From: Candidatus Latescibacterota bacterium
GTDB lineage: Bacteria; Latescibacterota; UBA2968; UBA8231
Assembly: GCA_965200315.1 (NCBI GenBank)
Contig: OZ241362.1
Coordinates: 608,001 to 672,000 of the forward strand
Reading direction: 5' to 3'
DNA length: 64,000 nt
Below are positions 19,585 through 28,968 of this stretch, piece by piece (positions within the stretch are counted from its first letter, which is position 1; each line of letters opens with the position of its first letter). The position numbers and the translations under genes were made by a program. The notes beneath the pieces were generated by a model, which made no database searches, was not told where the DNA came from, and saw only the letters and a list, made by a program, of their open reading frames with translations.

Positions 19585-20835
19585 ATGACAACAAAACCCC
19601 ACCTGCCCCCGTCCCCCATTGACGAGGGCAAAGTCACCGTAACTGCAATCGAATCCGTGCAGCCGCTCGACCTGTTCCCCGACTTGCTGCTGGTCCGCAT
19701 CCACACCGACGCCGGGCTCATCGGCCACGGCGAAACCTATTACTGCGCCGAGGCCGTGCAGGCCATGCTGCACGACTGGATGGCGCGCCGGCTGTTAGGC
19801 GAAGACGCGCTGGCCATTGAATCGCACTGGCGCTTCCTCTACGAGCGCGCCGCAAACTTCGGCGTCCGTGGCGCGGAGATCCGCGCTTTGTCGGCATTGG
19901 ACTTAGCACTGTGGGACATTCTCGGCCAGGTCTGCAACCAGCCGATCTATCGCCTACTCGGCGGGCCGGTGCGCGACAAAATTCTGGTGTACAATAGCTG
20001 CGGCAACCCGCAGTACGGGCCGAGTACCACCGGACGCAAGGGCTGGCCGGGCTTTGGCGCCATCGGCGAGCCGGGGCCGCTGGGCGATTCGTGGAAGCTG
20101 TTTCACGAGCCCGTGGCACTGGCCGAGGAGCTGGTCGCGCTGGGCTACAGCGGCCTAAAAGTCTGGCCCTTTGACCAAGCGGCCATCCAGTACGGCCCAG
20201 CGCGCATTCCGCACCGCGCAATCGAGGAAGGCGTACAGCCCTTGCGCGAGATCCGCGACAAGGTGGGCATGGACCTCGACATCTTCGTCGATGGCCACGC
20301 GCATTTCCAGCTCCCAGCGGCCCTGCGCATCGCCGAGGCATTGCGCGAGGTCGCGCCGCTGTGGCTGGAGGACGTGATCAAAATGGACAACCTCGACACA
20401 GTAGCCGACTTCCGCCGCCAGAGCCGGATGCCCATTTCCGCGAGCGAGATGCTGTTGAGCCGCGCCGATTACAACTATGTGCTGATGCGCCAAGCCGCCG
20501 ATTACGTGATGATCGATCCAACCTGGGTCGGCGGGATTTCCGAAACCGCGCGGATTGCCCATCTGGCTCAGACCTATAATGTGCCGGTCAGCATGCACGA
20601 CTGCACCGGCCCGCTGACGCTCTTTGCCGGCCTGCATGTGGGCGCGGCCGTAGCCAATTGCTGCTATCAGGAAACTGTGCGGGCGCAAATTCAGACGGTG
20701 TATCGAGAGCTGATCGACGTGGAGGTGGAAATTAGCGGCGGGTATGTGAACCTGCCCAAAGGCAGCGGTTTAGGGGTCAGGCTAAATCCCGATTTGTTCA
20801 AGCCGGAACGCCCGGGCTATCGGATTTCGAGGTAA
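19585..20835 (+). CDS. Mandelate racemase/MLE family acid-sugar dehydratase
   Basis: GHGET, SALDLALWDILG, KVWPF, DGH, WLED, ASE, MHDCTGP. Confidence 0.9.
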   Translation: MTTKPHLPPSPIDEGKVTVTAIESVQPLDLFPDLLLVRIHTDAGLIGHGETYYCAEAVQAMLHDWMARRLLGEDALAIESHWRFLYERAANFGVRGAEIRALSALDLALWDILGQVCNQPIYRLLGGPVRDKILVYNSCGNPQYGPSTTGRKGWPGFGAIGEPGPLGDSWKLFHEPVALAEELVALGYSGLKVWPFDQAAIQYGPARIPHRAIEEGVQPLREIRDKVGMDLDIFVDGHAHFQLPAALRIAEALREVAPLWLEDVIKMDNLDTVADFRRQSRMPISASEMLLSRADYNYVLMRQAADYVMIDPTWVGGISETARIAHLAQTYNVPVSMHDCTGPLTLFAGLHVGAAVANCCYQETVRAQIQTVYRELIDVEVEISGGYVNLPKGSGLGVRLNPDLFKPERPGYRISR

Positions 20836-20952
20836 TGTGTGTTCAAAGGTTCGATCACAGACCATTGTATGTTGGTCACATCGGTAGCATATTGTCCAGC
20901 AAGTGTATTCATCTGAGACCTTTTTGTGCAGAGTCAAAGACAGGAGATAATC

Positions 20953-21423
20953 ATGGGAAGCAAATTTAGCCCCGCAGAGATCCAGCAGATGAAGGACGAA
21001 GCACATGAAGATATGAAGGAGGCACTTGATGAGCTCCGCCGCGACGAACCAGAGATGGCCGATGCGGCTGGGGCGGCAGTAGGTATCACACTGGGTGGCG
21101 CAGCATCGTTCACTGCCCTCTATTTCGGAGGAGTGACGGGCCTATCGGCCGCCGGGATCACCTCTGGGTTGGCAGCGGCAGGTTTCGGTGCCGGAATGGT
21201 GGCCGGAATAGGTGTCCTAGCAGCACCGGTGGCCGCCTTGGCGGTTATCGGCTATGGCATCGCCAAGAAGCGGAGGAACGCGAAACTGGCGGCAGCCCTA
21301 GGTAGAGCTATTGAGAAGCTCTACAAAATCCAAGAGCGACTCATGGCAAACGCCGAGTACTTTCGCGAGGAACTGGCCGAGATTAAGGCTTATATCGACC
21401 AGTTTGAGCATCAAAGACCGTAA
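20953..21423 (+). CDS. Hypothetical protein with Gly/Ala-rich hydrophobic hairpin between charged helices
   Basis: AGGAG RBS, ATG 20953; GLSAAGITSGLAAAGFGAGMVAGIGVLAAP core. Confidence 0.85.
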   Translation: MGSKFSPAEIQQMKDEAHEDMKEALDELRRDEPEMADAAGAAVGITLGGAASFTALYFGGVTGLSAAGITSGLAAAGFGAGMVAGIGVLAAPVAALAVIGYGIAKKRRNAKLAAALGRAIEKLYKIQERLMANAEYFREELAEIKAYIDQFEHQRP

Positions 21424-21435
21424 AATGGTATAGTC

Positions 21436-22812
21436 ATGGACAGCAAGGACAAACAGCGAAATATCAAAGCCATTAGGCATCTGCAACGACGGTCCGATGC
21501 TATAGAGGAAGACCACGATGGCCTCAGTAAGGACCTTCGCGCTATCAAAAAGCGTCTGGCGGAACTAGGCGACGTAGACAAGGTGACGCCGGATTTTACG
21601 AAGAGGAAGCAGGCCCATCTTGATGCGATGAGCGAGCACAAGGAACTCCCAGATGTTGACTTGGAGACCATTTACAATGAGGCGGAGGCGAAATTCCCGG
21701 GGGATACTAACCTAGACGACATCCTAACTACCGACGATTGGGCAGTCGTGAATAAACGGATCGCGGTCCATATCAAGGATTTCAATGCCCGCTATGCTCT
21801 CGATAGGTGGGACTATGCCATTGCCGGAGGATGCGGCCTGTTCGCAGCGATGCTTGACTTGCTGTTTGTGAAGGCTCCTGCCAAGCCAACCACCGAGTGG
21901 ACGCAAGGGGTGGACGGCGTGTTCAACAGAGGAGTGCAACAGGCATTCAACCGCCTGTTACCTTCCGATGTGAGCGAGGAACTCAGTAGGTTGAACACCA
22001 TCGGTGGTGCAGACTCTAGCACAGTGGATCAGCTACTGGGAGCACCACCACGAACATTGAATCCCATGAACCATCGGCTGAGGTCATTATCCCACGATCC
22101 AATTCTGGGATTCCTGTTCGGCGTTTTGGACATGCAGCGCGGCACATGCACAGTAATTGGGAACGACGGCCTAAAGATATACCAGACTACTATGGAACCT
22201 ATGGACGGCGGCTTGTTCCCACTGCTTGGCCGCCTGTTCGGGCACCTTCTATCGGATGTTAATGCCCCCTCCGCAAGCGGCAATAGGGGCATGGGATTAC
22301 CCGCTCCCTTTATGGGGATTCTCCGCATGTTTGACAGCCTCCCAGCGGGAGACTCCGATCTAGGTAAGCAGATCGAGTATATGTACGTCAAGGGATATGA
22401 CTTTCGCCAGTTTGTCGTGACCAGTATTCCTGTGCTGATCATGGAGGTGATGATGCGCGTCTTCTATACCGTCAAACAGGTTAAGCTCTACGACTCGTCG
22501 CTGGGGGAAGCTCTGATCGACACGATGCCCCTGAAGATGAACCCTCGATTCAGAATGATGCTCGCTATGGCCTATGGAACGGTGGCAACAGTGAATGGGG
22601 CCAGAGTGTACATCACCGAAGACATTCTCAATCTGAACTACGCGGCGTGGCTTGGGCTTGTATGGAACGGTTTCCATGCTATAAAATGGGCACTGCTGGA
22701 CAGGAACCTGAAGCTCTGGGGAGAAGTCGAGCGGAAGGAGGTAGAGGCGCTGGAGCGCAGCGTGGATCAGATCGATGGTTTGGCTGACCGCGCAGGACGA
22801 TTACCTGTCTAA
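21436..22812 (+). CDS. Hypothetical 458-aa membrane-associated helical protein
   Basis: Long intact ORF 12 bp downstream of its partner; N-terminal coiled coil and several hydrophobic segments; HRLRSLSHDPILG and MYVKGYDFRQF blocks. Confidence 0.85.
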   Translation: MDSKDKQRNIKAIRHLQRRSDAIEEDHDGLSKDLRAIKKRLAELGDVDKVTPDFTKRKQAHLDAMSEHKELPDVDLETIYNEAEAKFPGDTNLDDILTTDDWAVVNKRIAVHIKDFNARYALDRWDYAIAGGCGLFAAMLDLLFVKAPAKPTTEWTQGVDGVFNRGVQQAFNRLLPSDVSEELSRLNTIGGADSSTVDQLLGAPPRTLNPMNHRLRSLSHDPILGFLFGVLDMQRGTCTVIGNDGLKIYQTTMEPMDGGLFPLLGRLFGHLLSDVNAPSASGNRGMGLPAPFMGILRMFDSLPAGDSDLGKQIEYMYVKGYDFRQFVVTSIPVLIMEVMMRVFYTVKQVKLYDSSLGEALIDTMPLKMNPRFRMMLAMAYGTVATVNGARVYITEDILNLNYAAWLGLVWNGFHAIKWALLDRNLKLWGEVERKEVEALERSVDQIDGLADRAGRLPV

Positions 22813-22828
22813 ATGTAGCGGATTGAGA

Positions 22829-23419
22829 CTACGAGGAAGTAGAAGGATGTGCGAGGGTACGGATTTCGCGTACGAATTTGTCGAACGAAGGGCACTGCTG
22901 CGCTTGCCCCAAGTCCATCCTGCTCGCAAATGCCGCTTGGTCAATGGTCTCGCGATACGTCAAACCTGTAGACATATTGTTCGATAGCCAACCTTTCGCG
23001 TCTCGAATGCGTTCAGCATTCGCAGGTGCTACGAGGCTGTCAGCAAGCCCTCTAAAGCCTGCCAGCGAATCGGCGGCTGCAACAAACCACGACTCAAACT
23101 CGCTTTTTGCAATGACGACCGAGATGCGTCTATCGGGCCGGCTTCCGGCTGCACGGGCCGCCATAGCAGGGGCCAACTCCGCAGGACAGTCGGCGGCATC
23201 GACCAGCACGACAATCCCGTCTGTTGTGGAGATGCGGCTTGCCGCTAAACTGACGGCTCTTTCCAACTCGCCCGGCTTGAGCAGCTTGCCCCTTGGTACG
23301 CGAATGGAACGCTCTACCGCAACATCGTAACGCTGCAATTTCTCTTGCAAGACTCGGCGCAATAGAACCCGTACTGCTTCGACATCGCCGTGGCCTTCTA
23401 CGATGGCGATCAATTTCAC
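22829..23419 (-). CDS. DUF4276 family protein (TOPRIM-like)
   Basis: IVEGHGD, VLVDAADCP, EFESWF, YRETIDQ, PSFDKF. Confidence 0.82.
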   Translation of the reverse strand: MKLIAIVEGHGDVEAVRVLLRRVLQEKLQRYDVAVERSIRVPRGKLLKPGELERAVSLAASRISTTDGIVVLVDAADCPAELAPAMAARAAGSRPDRRISVVIAKSEFESWFVAAADSLAGFRGLADSLVAPANAERIRDAKGWLSNNMSTGLTYRETIDQAAFASRMDLGQAQQCPSFDKFVREIRTLAHPSTSS

Positions 23420-24609
23420 AGATCCAATCCGAACAGATTCAATTGTCTAACGCCAAGTTCTGTCGCTTGGGGATCCGGCCTAAGCTGGTCCATGCGGAGT
23501 AGCTCGCCAGCGGTATATAGATGATCGCGCAACGCTGCTCTCCCCGCTTCGTCCAAGGGACCAATTTTTGTATCGCCGTCCTCGGAAACGACAGCTTGTA
23601 TAGTGCTGTCGGGCAGTGATGCATCATCGAGCAAATCGGGACTGTGGCTGGTAATGAGCACTTGTCGGTGATCGCTCGCATCGCGCAGACTATCCGTCAA
23701 AACACCGACCGCGGCCGGATGCAGGGCGACCTCGGGTTCTTCAATGGCCACCAACCCCGCCGGGCCTTGGAACAAGGCCACGAGTACGCCGAGAGCACGC
23801 AGGGTCCCGTCTGACATATTGGTGGCGAGGAAGCGCCAAGGATGAGAAGAACCCCTGACGTCCTGCTTAAATTCGAGCATTTCGCGCGGGCCGACAGCCT
23901 TGGGGGCCACCGCATGGACGCCCGGCACGACCGTGGCGAAGTATTCCTCCACGCGGCGCTTCACCGTTGGGGCGTGGTCCTTCAGTGCGGCAAGAACGCT
24001 AGCCATGTTCGAGCCATCGCGGTTGAGTAGTTCGCCTGGATCGGGTGGCTGCGGCTCGCGGATGCGTTCGGGATTCAAATTATAGAAACCCATCGAAGTG
24101 AGAGCGTCATACAGAGGGCGAAACGCCTCTAGGCCGGAGACGTTGACTAGAAAGAGGCGATCTTTGGGAATGGCGGGGACGGGTTCAATACGGATGCGCT
24201 CAAGTGCGCCTTCCTTTATTCGGTAGTAGGCTTTACCCGTACCATCTGTCCCCGGATGAATTGCACATTCCTCTTCGGCAACTAGGTGGGCTCCCCGTTT
24301 CGCACCAATTCTGAAGGCATAGTGACCAAATCGGCCTTTGGACAACTGAAACTCAATGCGAATGGTAAAATGCGTGGGATGCCCACTCGACCGCCGGCGC
24401 ACCTCGTGGATACCTCCGCGATCGCGGAGGGCGTGGTCCAGCGAATAGCGGAGCGCGTCGGCGATAAACCGGAGCGCATCGACGAAGTTGCTCTTGCCGC
24501 TGCCGTTGGGTCCGACGAGAATCGACAGAGGGCCGAGGCTCACATTACACGCGCCGATGCTTTTGTAATTGCGGATGGCCACGCGGGTTATTAGACGGGT
24601 ATCTGACAT
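23416..24609 (-). CDS. ABC-type AAA_21 ATPase
   Basis: Walker A GPNGSGKS, signature MSDGT, Walker B IEEPE, ALHP, ITSHS; 4-bp overlap with DUF4276. Confidence 0.9.
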   Translation of the reverse strand: MSDTRLITRVAIRNYKSIGACNVSLGPLSILVGPNGSGKSNFVDALRFIADALRYSLDHALRDRGGIHEVRRRSSGHPTHFTIRIEFQLSKGRFGHYAFRIGAKRGAHLVAEEECAIHPGTDGTGKAYYRIKEGALERIRIEPVPAIPKDRLFLVNVSGLEAFRPLYDALTSMGFYNLNPERIREPQPPDPGELLNRDGSNMASVLAALKDHAPTVKRRVEEYFATVVPGVHAVAPKAVGPREMLEFKQDVRGSSHPWRFLATNMSDGTLRALGVLVALFQGPAGLVAIEEPEVALHPAAVGVLTDSLRDASDHRQVLITSHSPDLLDDASLPDSTIQAVVSEDGDTKIGPLDEAGRAALRDHLYTAGELLRMDQLRPDPQATELGVRQLNLFGLDL

Positions 24610-24727
24610 GTCTGGCTATGAACCGGATTTTGAGACATTGAAAAAAATAACAGCGTCCCTAGTATTAGCGGACAGTGAAGAGGCGTTTCAACATATCTTG
24701 ATTGCAAAACGTTGACGGAGAAAGTCC

Positions 24728-24904
24728 ATGGAAAAGGTCCGCTATGCCGATTTGCTGCCGTGGGAATTCCGCCAGCGGCTGGCGGCTAAGCCAGTTGCGT
24801 ATCTGCCGCTGGGCACACTCGAATGGCACGGCGAGCACTTGCCCTTGGGCAGCGACGCGATAACCAGCGACTGCAGTCGCCATCCGCGAAAGGACGACGC
24901 ATGA
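24728..24904 (+). pseudogene. Creatininase family N-terminal remnant
   Basis: MEKVRYADLLPWEF..AYLPLGTLEWHGEHLPLGSD; only 58 aa; ATGA overlap with the next gene. Confidence 0.75.
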
Positions 24905-26037
24905 AAATCACCCAAGTAGAGACCATTCGCTTCAAAACCACCACCCGTACCGAAAGCGATTCCGATGGCCACGGCCATCCCGGCCCCGAGCGCGAAACCA
25001 CGCAGACCCTGCTGCAAATAGGCACCGACGAAGGCGTCTCCGGCTACTGGTTTGGCGCGAACGTTCAAGCCATAGACCGCCTCGTCAAACCCGCCATACT
25101 CGGCGAAGACCCCTTGTACCGCGAAAAAATCTGGCGCGACCTCAACCACCGCCAACGGCTCAATCTGGGCACCCTGTCCGACCAAGTGCTCATGGCCGTC
25201 GACTTAGCCTTGTGGGATTTGGCCGGACGCGCCCTCAATCAACCCGTGTACAAACTGTTGGGCGGCTTGCGCGACAAAGTGCCGGCCTACGCCTCCACCA
25301 TGTGCGGCGACGACCTCCAAGGCGGCTTGGCCACCCCCCAAGACTACGCCAACTACGCCCAATGGTGCATGGAGCGTGGATACCCCGCCTTCAAATTGCA
25401 CACTTGGCAACCGCCCTACGCCGGCGCACCCGACCCCAAACGCGACATTGAAGCCTGCGCCGCCGTGCGCGAGGCGGTCGGCCCGGACGTGCCCTGTATG
25501 CTCGACCCCTACCACTACTACGACCGCGAGGCCGCCCTATTCCTAGCCAAGGAACTGGAAAAGCTCGACTATTACTGGATGGAAGAGCCGATGGACGAAC
25601 ACAGTATGTCGTCCTACGTCTGGCTATGCGAACAGACCAGCTTGCCGATCTGCGGCCCTGAGACCTGCGAGGGCAAAATGTACGTCCGCGCCGAGTGGAT
25701 CAAAGCCGGTGCCTGCGACATCAGCCGCTGCGGCGTGGGCGACGTGGGCGGCCTCACCCCATTGATGAAAACCGTGCATTTGTGCGAATCATTTGGCATG
25801 CGCTGCGAAATCCACGGCGGCGGCCCGGGCAACCTGCACGCCCTGTGCGCCATGCACAACGGCGAATTCTACGAACGCGGCCTGTTGCACCCCTTCATCG
25901 ACTTCGACCAGCCTGCCCCTTGGCTGCACGAACACGGTGAGCCGATGGACGAACAGGGTTTTGTCCATGTGCCGCAACGGCCTGGGTTGGGGATGAATAT
26001 CAACTGGGATTACATCGAGAAAAACAAAATCGCTTGA
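24901..26037 (+). CDS. Enolase superfamily enzyme (mandelate racemase-like)
   Basis: DLALWDLAG, PVYKLLGG, KLH, MLDP, WMEEP, GPE, EIHG, PGLG. Confidence 0.9.
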   Translation: MKITQVETIRFKTTTRTESDSDGHGHPGPERETTQTLLQIGTDEGVSGYWFGANVQAIDRLVKPAILGEDPLYREKIWRDLNHRQRLNLGTLSDQVLMAVDLALWDLAGRALNQPVYKLLGGLRDKVPAYASTMCGDDLQGGLATPQDYANYAQWCMERGYPAFKLHTWQPPYAGAPDPKRDIEACAAVREAVGPDVPCMLDPYHYYDREAALFLAKELEKLDYYWMEEPMDEHSMSSYVWLCEQTSLPICGPETCEGKMYVRAEWIKAGACDISRCGVGDVGGLTPLMKTVHLCESFGMRCEIHGGGPGNLHALCAMHNGEFYERGLLHPFIDFDQPAPWLHEHGEPMDEQGFVHVPQRPGLGMNINWDYIEKNKIA

Positions 26038-26227
26038 GCTAATCGAGCGAAACAGGCCCCAGAGGGTGCTGTTGCCACCTTGTTTTGGTCGGGGGAAAAC
26101 GATGTATGATTACTGGTCTCGCCTAAAGTCGAGGAGAAGCGTCTCTGGAGGCCAGTATTGGCGCGGGAACGCCACCTCAACGGACGGGCATCAACGCCGG
26201 CGGCTAAATCTACTCGGTCAGTCTTAG

Positions 26228-26252
26228 CCGGGAGCGCGGGCGTCTGGCCCGC
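26228..26252 (+). repeat. REP-like palindrome, diverged copy
   Basis: CCGGGAGCGCGGGCGTCTGGCCCGC has the same layout as the 5161 and 52199 copies. Confidence 0.45.
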
Positions 26253-26366
26253 CCACCCGGCAGAAGGCTATCGCGCCTAACTCAAAGGTAAGGCGATGCG
26301 AAACGGCAGTTGATATATGGCGTTTAACATACACGGAGACAATGGGTTAGCTTTATTCGACAATTT

Positions 26367-27449
26367 TCAATCCGCGTCGCCAACTCGCTGCCGCTGCCAG
26401 TCCTTGCGTCCTCCATAGTAGAAGCCCTCGTCGAAGGGAGCTGCCGCTGTCTGCTCTAGGGTCCGAGTGTACACGATCATATCCACGAACCTCCCATCGA
26501 CCCGTAGCTGCTGCTTGAAACGCGCCTCGGCACCGAATCCCACTTTCGCAAGCAACTGCTTCTGATCGGCGTCGCAGTCCGCTAGATAGACATGCAGGAC
26601 CGCGATCCCCACAGCCGCGCACCGCTCAATGACCGCGCCGAGCAAATCCGCGGACTGGCCGCTGAAGGCCGGTACCACGCGAAAGCTCAATAGGCCCGTG
26701 TGCTGCTCGGCAAAAGTTCCCCGCCGTTCGACCGTGGCCAAGCCGACCACTCGGCACTTGGCGTTTTCCAGCGCGAGGCAGCACCCGCGCCGGCCCTCCA
26801 AGCGCCGGAGGGTTTTCACAAAGTGACTTTCGTAGCGGGTGTCGCGGAAACTTTGGCTCAGGTAGTCCTTCACGATCCACTTTGGCTCGGGGTGGTTGTA
26901 GAGCACCGAAGCCCTCGGCAGATCGGCCCAAGTGGCGTCGCGCACCTCGGCCGGGCCACCGCCATCGAGGTAGTCGCGGTCAAAGTCGCCAGCACCGGGC
27001 GCCAAGTAGCGCATCCCATCGCCGACGAAATAGCGGAATCCGTGCCGTTCGTACAGGCTACCAGCATGGGGATTGGCCGTACACAGGTAGAGGGCCAGCC
27101 CTCCGGCCGCGGCGAACTCCTCCACGAGCCGGCCGAGCAGGAGCGAGGCGATCCCCTTGCGCCGGTGTGCCTCGGCAGTCCAGACGAACTCCACGAGCCC
27201 CACATCGCGCGTATCGGCGGGAGTCTGGCAGCTCATGTAGCCGACCAACTCGCCATCGATCTTTCCCAAGTAGTAGGGAGTGTGCAGCCAAGGCCGCAGG
27301 TTTCCTGCCATCAAGTCGGCGGCAATATCCTGCCACCAGCAGAGGCTGTGCGCTCCGCCGGCAAAGGGCGGCTCGCACCCCTCGATCGTCAGCTTTTCTC
27401 CACCGCTGAGTTGAACTCTCGTCGTCTCGGTGCTGTTCATCATTTTCAC
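26367..27449 (-). CDS. Tandem GNAT N-acetyltransferase
   Basis: HRRKGIAS acetyl-CoA motif, LYERHGF; second degenerate GNAT domain. Confidence 0.82.
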   Translation of the reverse strand: MKMMNSTETTRVQLSGGEKLTIEGCEPPFAGGAHSLCWWQDIAADLMAGNLRPWLHTPYYLGKIDGELVGYMSCQTPADTRDVGLVEFVWTAEAHRRKGIASLLLGRLVEEFAAAGGLALYLCTANPHAGSLYERHGFRYFVGDGMRYLAPGAGDFDRDYLDGGGPAEVRDATWADLPRASVLYNHPEPKWIVKDYLSQSFRDTRYESHFVKTLRRLEGRRGCCLALENAKCRVVGLATVERRGTFAEQHTGLLSFRVVPAFSGQSADLLGAVIERCAAVGIAVLHVYLADCDADQKQLLAKVGFGAEARFKQQLRVDGRFVDMIVYTRTLEQTAAAPFDEGFYYGGRKDWQRQRVGDAD

Positions 27450-27461
27450 CTCGCGGGATTT

Positions 27462-28781
27462 TTACTCCGCCGCGGCCAATTCCAAGGCCCGAAGCGCACC
27501 AGCGGTCAGAACCCGGTCCGCGTCGTCGCGCAAAAAGCGCCCCTGATGGCACGCCCTCGCATCGAGGACCTCGTACCCTCCGTAGGGCACCTCCTCACTC
27601 GTCGGCACGTAGCCGATGGCACCGTTGGCGTATCCCACGGGCAAGGTCCAAGAAAAGGGCGATGCTTCGGCAATGGCCAGCCCCGTCTCGACGAAAATTT
27701 CCCCGGGCAGGCCGATGAGGGCCACGTCGTCCAAGGCCACAACTTGTAGCTCTAGGGGCAGCCCCGTGGCCACCGAGCCGCTCTGACACGCCTCAAGCCG
27801 CTCCTTTGCAGCAAAGTAGCGGCGGCAAACATGCCAGTTCCGGTGGTGCTCGCCCGCCAGTTGGCGAAAGGCCAGCTCCCAGCGCGCCAGCTCGCGCTCG
27901 CACTCCTGCTGGGACGGCATGGGCGCAAGGGGCAGCTCAAAGGCGTGCTGGGCACAGCGCAGTCGGCCGCCCCGTCTCAGGTCGGCTCGGTCCGCCACCG
28001 TCTGCAGCACCGCATCACCAGCCCTAGTACCGTGGTGCTTGGCGAGGGCAAAGGTGCCGCGCGGATGGGGATTGATGTTGCCGGCACAGCCGTTGACGAA
28101 CAGCGCCGTCACACCCGGCAGTTGGGCCTCGATCAACTGCATGGCGCAGCCGATCCAGTCGGCTGTGAACAGGTAGTTGTTGCTCACCAGACAGGTCCCG
28201 TGGGCCGCGTGCTGATAGATCACCGCCAACGGACCGCCGCCGTCGCGCTCAAACCACACCACGTCGACCCAAGGGGCCACCGCTCCGTCGGGGTTGACGC
28301 CGATGCGGGTTGTGCCGTCCGCCTGTCGCTCCCGGCGGTTGACGCCGACCTGTAGCGGATGACGGCCCGTGCCCCAGCGCACGGGCACCGCCGCGGTGGC
28401 CGCCTGCAGGGCAGCACCGGCCATGTAGTGGCTCACCGCGTCGATGTAGGTAAGGGCCTGTTCCCCCAGTGCCGAAAAGTCAGAATACATCAGCGGACCG
28501 CCGTGCGTGTGGGAAAAGGCGAGGAATACGTGGGCCGCGGGCACCCCGGTCGCCGCGCACACCAACTCGCGCACCCGAGCGACCTGCTCAGCTCGCATGC
28601 CGATCAGGTCGCTGGCGATGATCACGGCTTGGGTCGAGCCGGCGTCGAGGAACAAGGTGTGGGTGTTGAGATGGTCGTGTACGCCCTCGGCTCCGCGGTC
28701 GCGGGCACCGTACCCGCCCATGGGAAAGCCGATCGGTGGAGTGATCCGGGCACCGCCGGTTCCGGCCAACAAGTCGTTCAT
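27462..28781 (-). CDS. Neutral/alkaline ceramidase N-terminal domain family protein
   Basis: ITPP.G.PMGGY, SHTHGGP, NRR, GCAGNINP, LPGEIF, GYVP..GGYE. Confidence 0.85.
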   Translation of the reverse strand: MNDLLAGTGGARITPPIGFPMGGYGARDRGAEGVHDHLNTHTLFLDAGSTQAVIIASDLIGMRAEQVARVRELVCAATGVPAAHVFLAFSHTHGGPLMYSDFSALGEQALTYIDAVSHYMAGAALQAATAAVPVRWGTGRHPLQVGVNRRERQADGTTRIGVNPDGAVAPWVDVVWFERDGGGPLAVIYQHAAHGTCLVSNNYLFTADWIGCAMQLIEAQLPGVTALFVNGCAGNINPHPRGTFALAKHHGTRAGDAVLQTVADRADLRRGGRLRCAQHAFELPLAPMPSQQECERELARWELAFRQLAGEHHRNWHVCRRYFAAKERLEACQSGSVATGLPLELQVVALDDVALIGLPGEIFVETGLAIAEASPFSWTLPVGYANGAIGYVPTSEEVPYGGYEVLDARACHQGRFLRDDADRVLTAGALRALELAAAE

Positions 28782-28968
28782 GGTTCTATTCTCTTGCTCT
28801 CGTGGTTAAAGATTCCGCCTTACTACCCGACCCCTGATCTGAATGCGCGTTGTTTGGCGTCGCCTTGGGCGCACAGGCGGGACGCCCCTTCTTCAGTGGC
28901 CAGTGGCTCTGTCCAACGTCACCCCATGCTCCGACGCGGAGCGGGCTTCATCGCGCCTTTAGGCGTGG

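Noticed and set aside
26040-26350. Possible ncRNA or riboswitch in the intergenic region
   Set aside because: It lies between convergent genes and matches no family I recognise, apart from one REP-like hairpin.
28800-28965. GTAG-type REP-like fragments (also about 48345-48415)
   Set aside because: Too degenerate to define a consensus.
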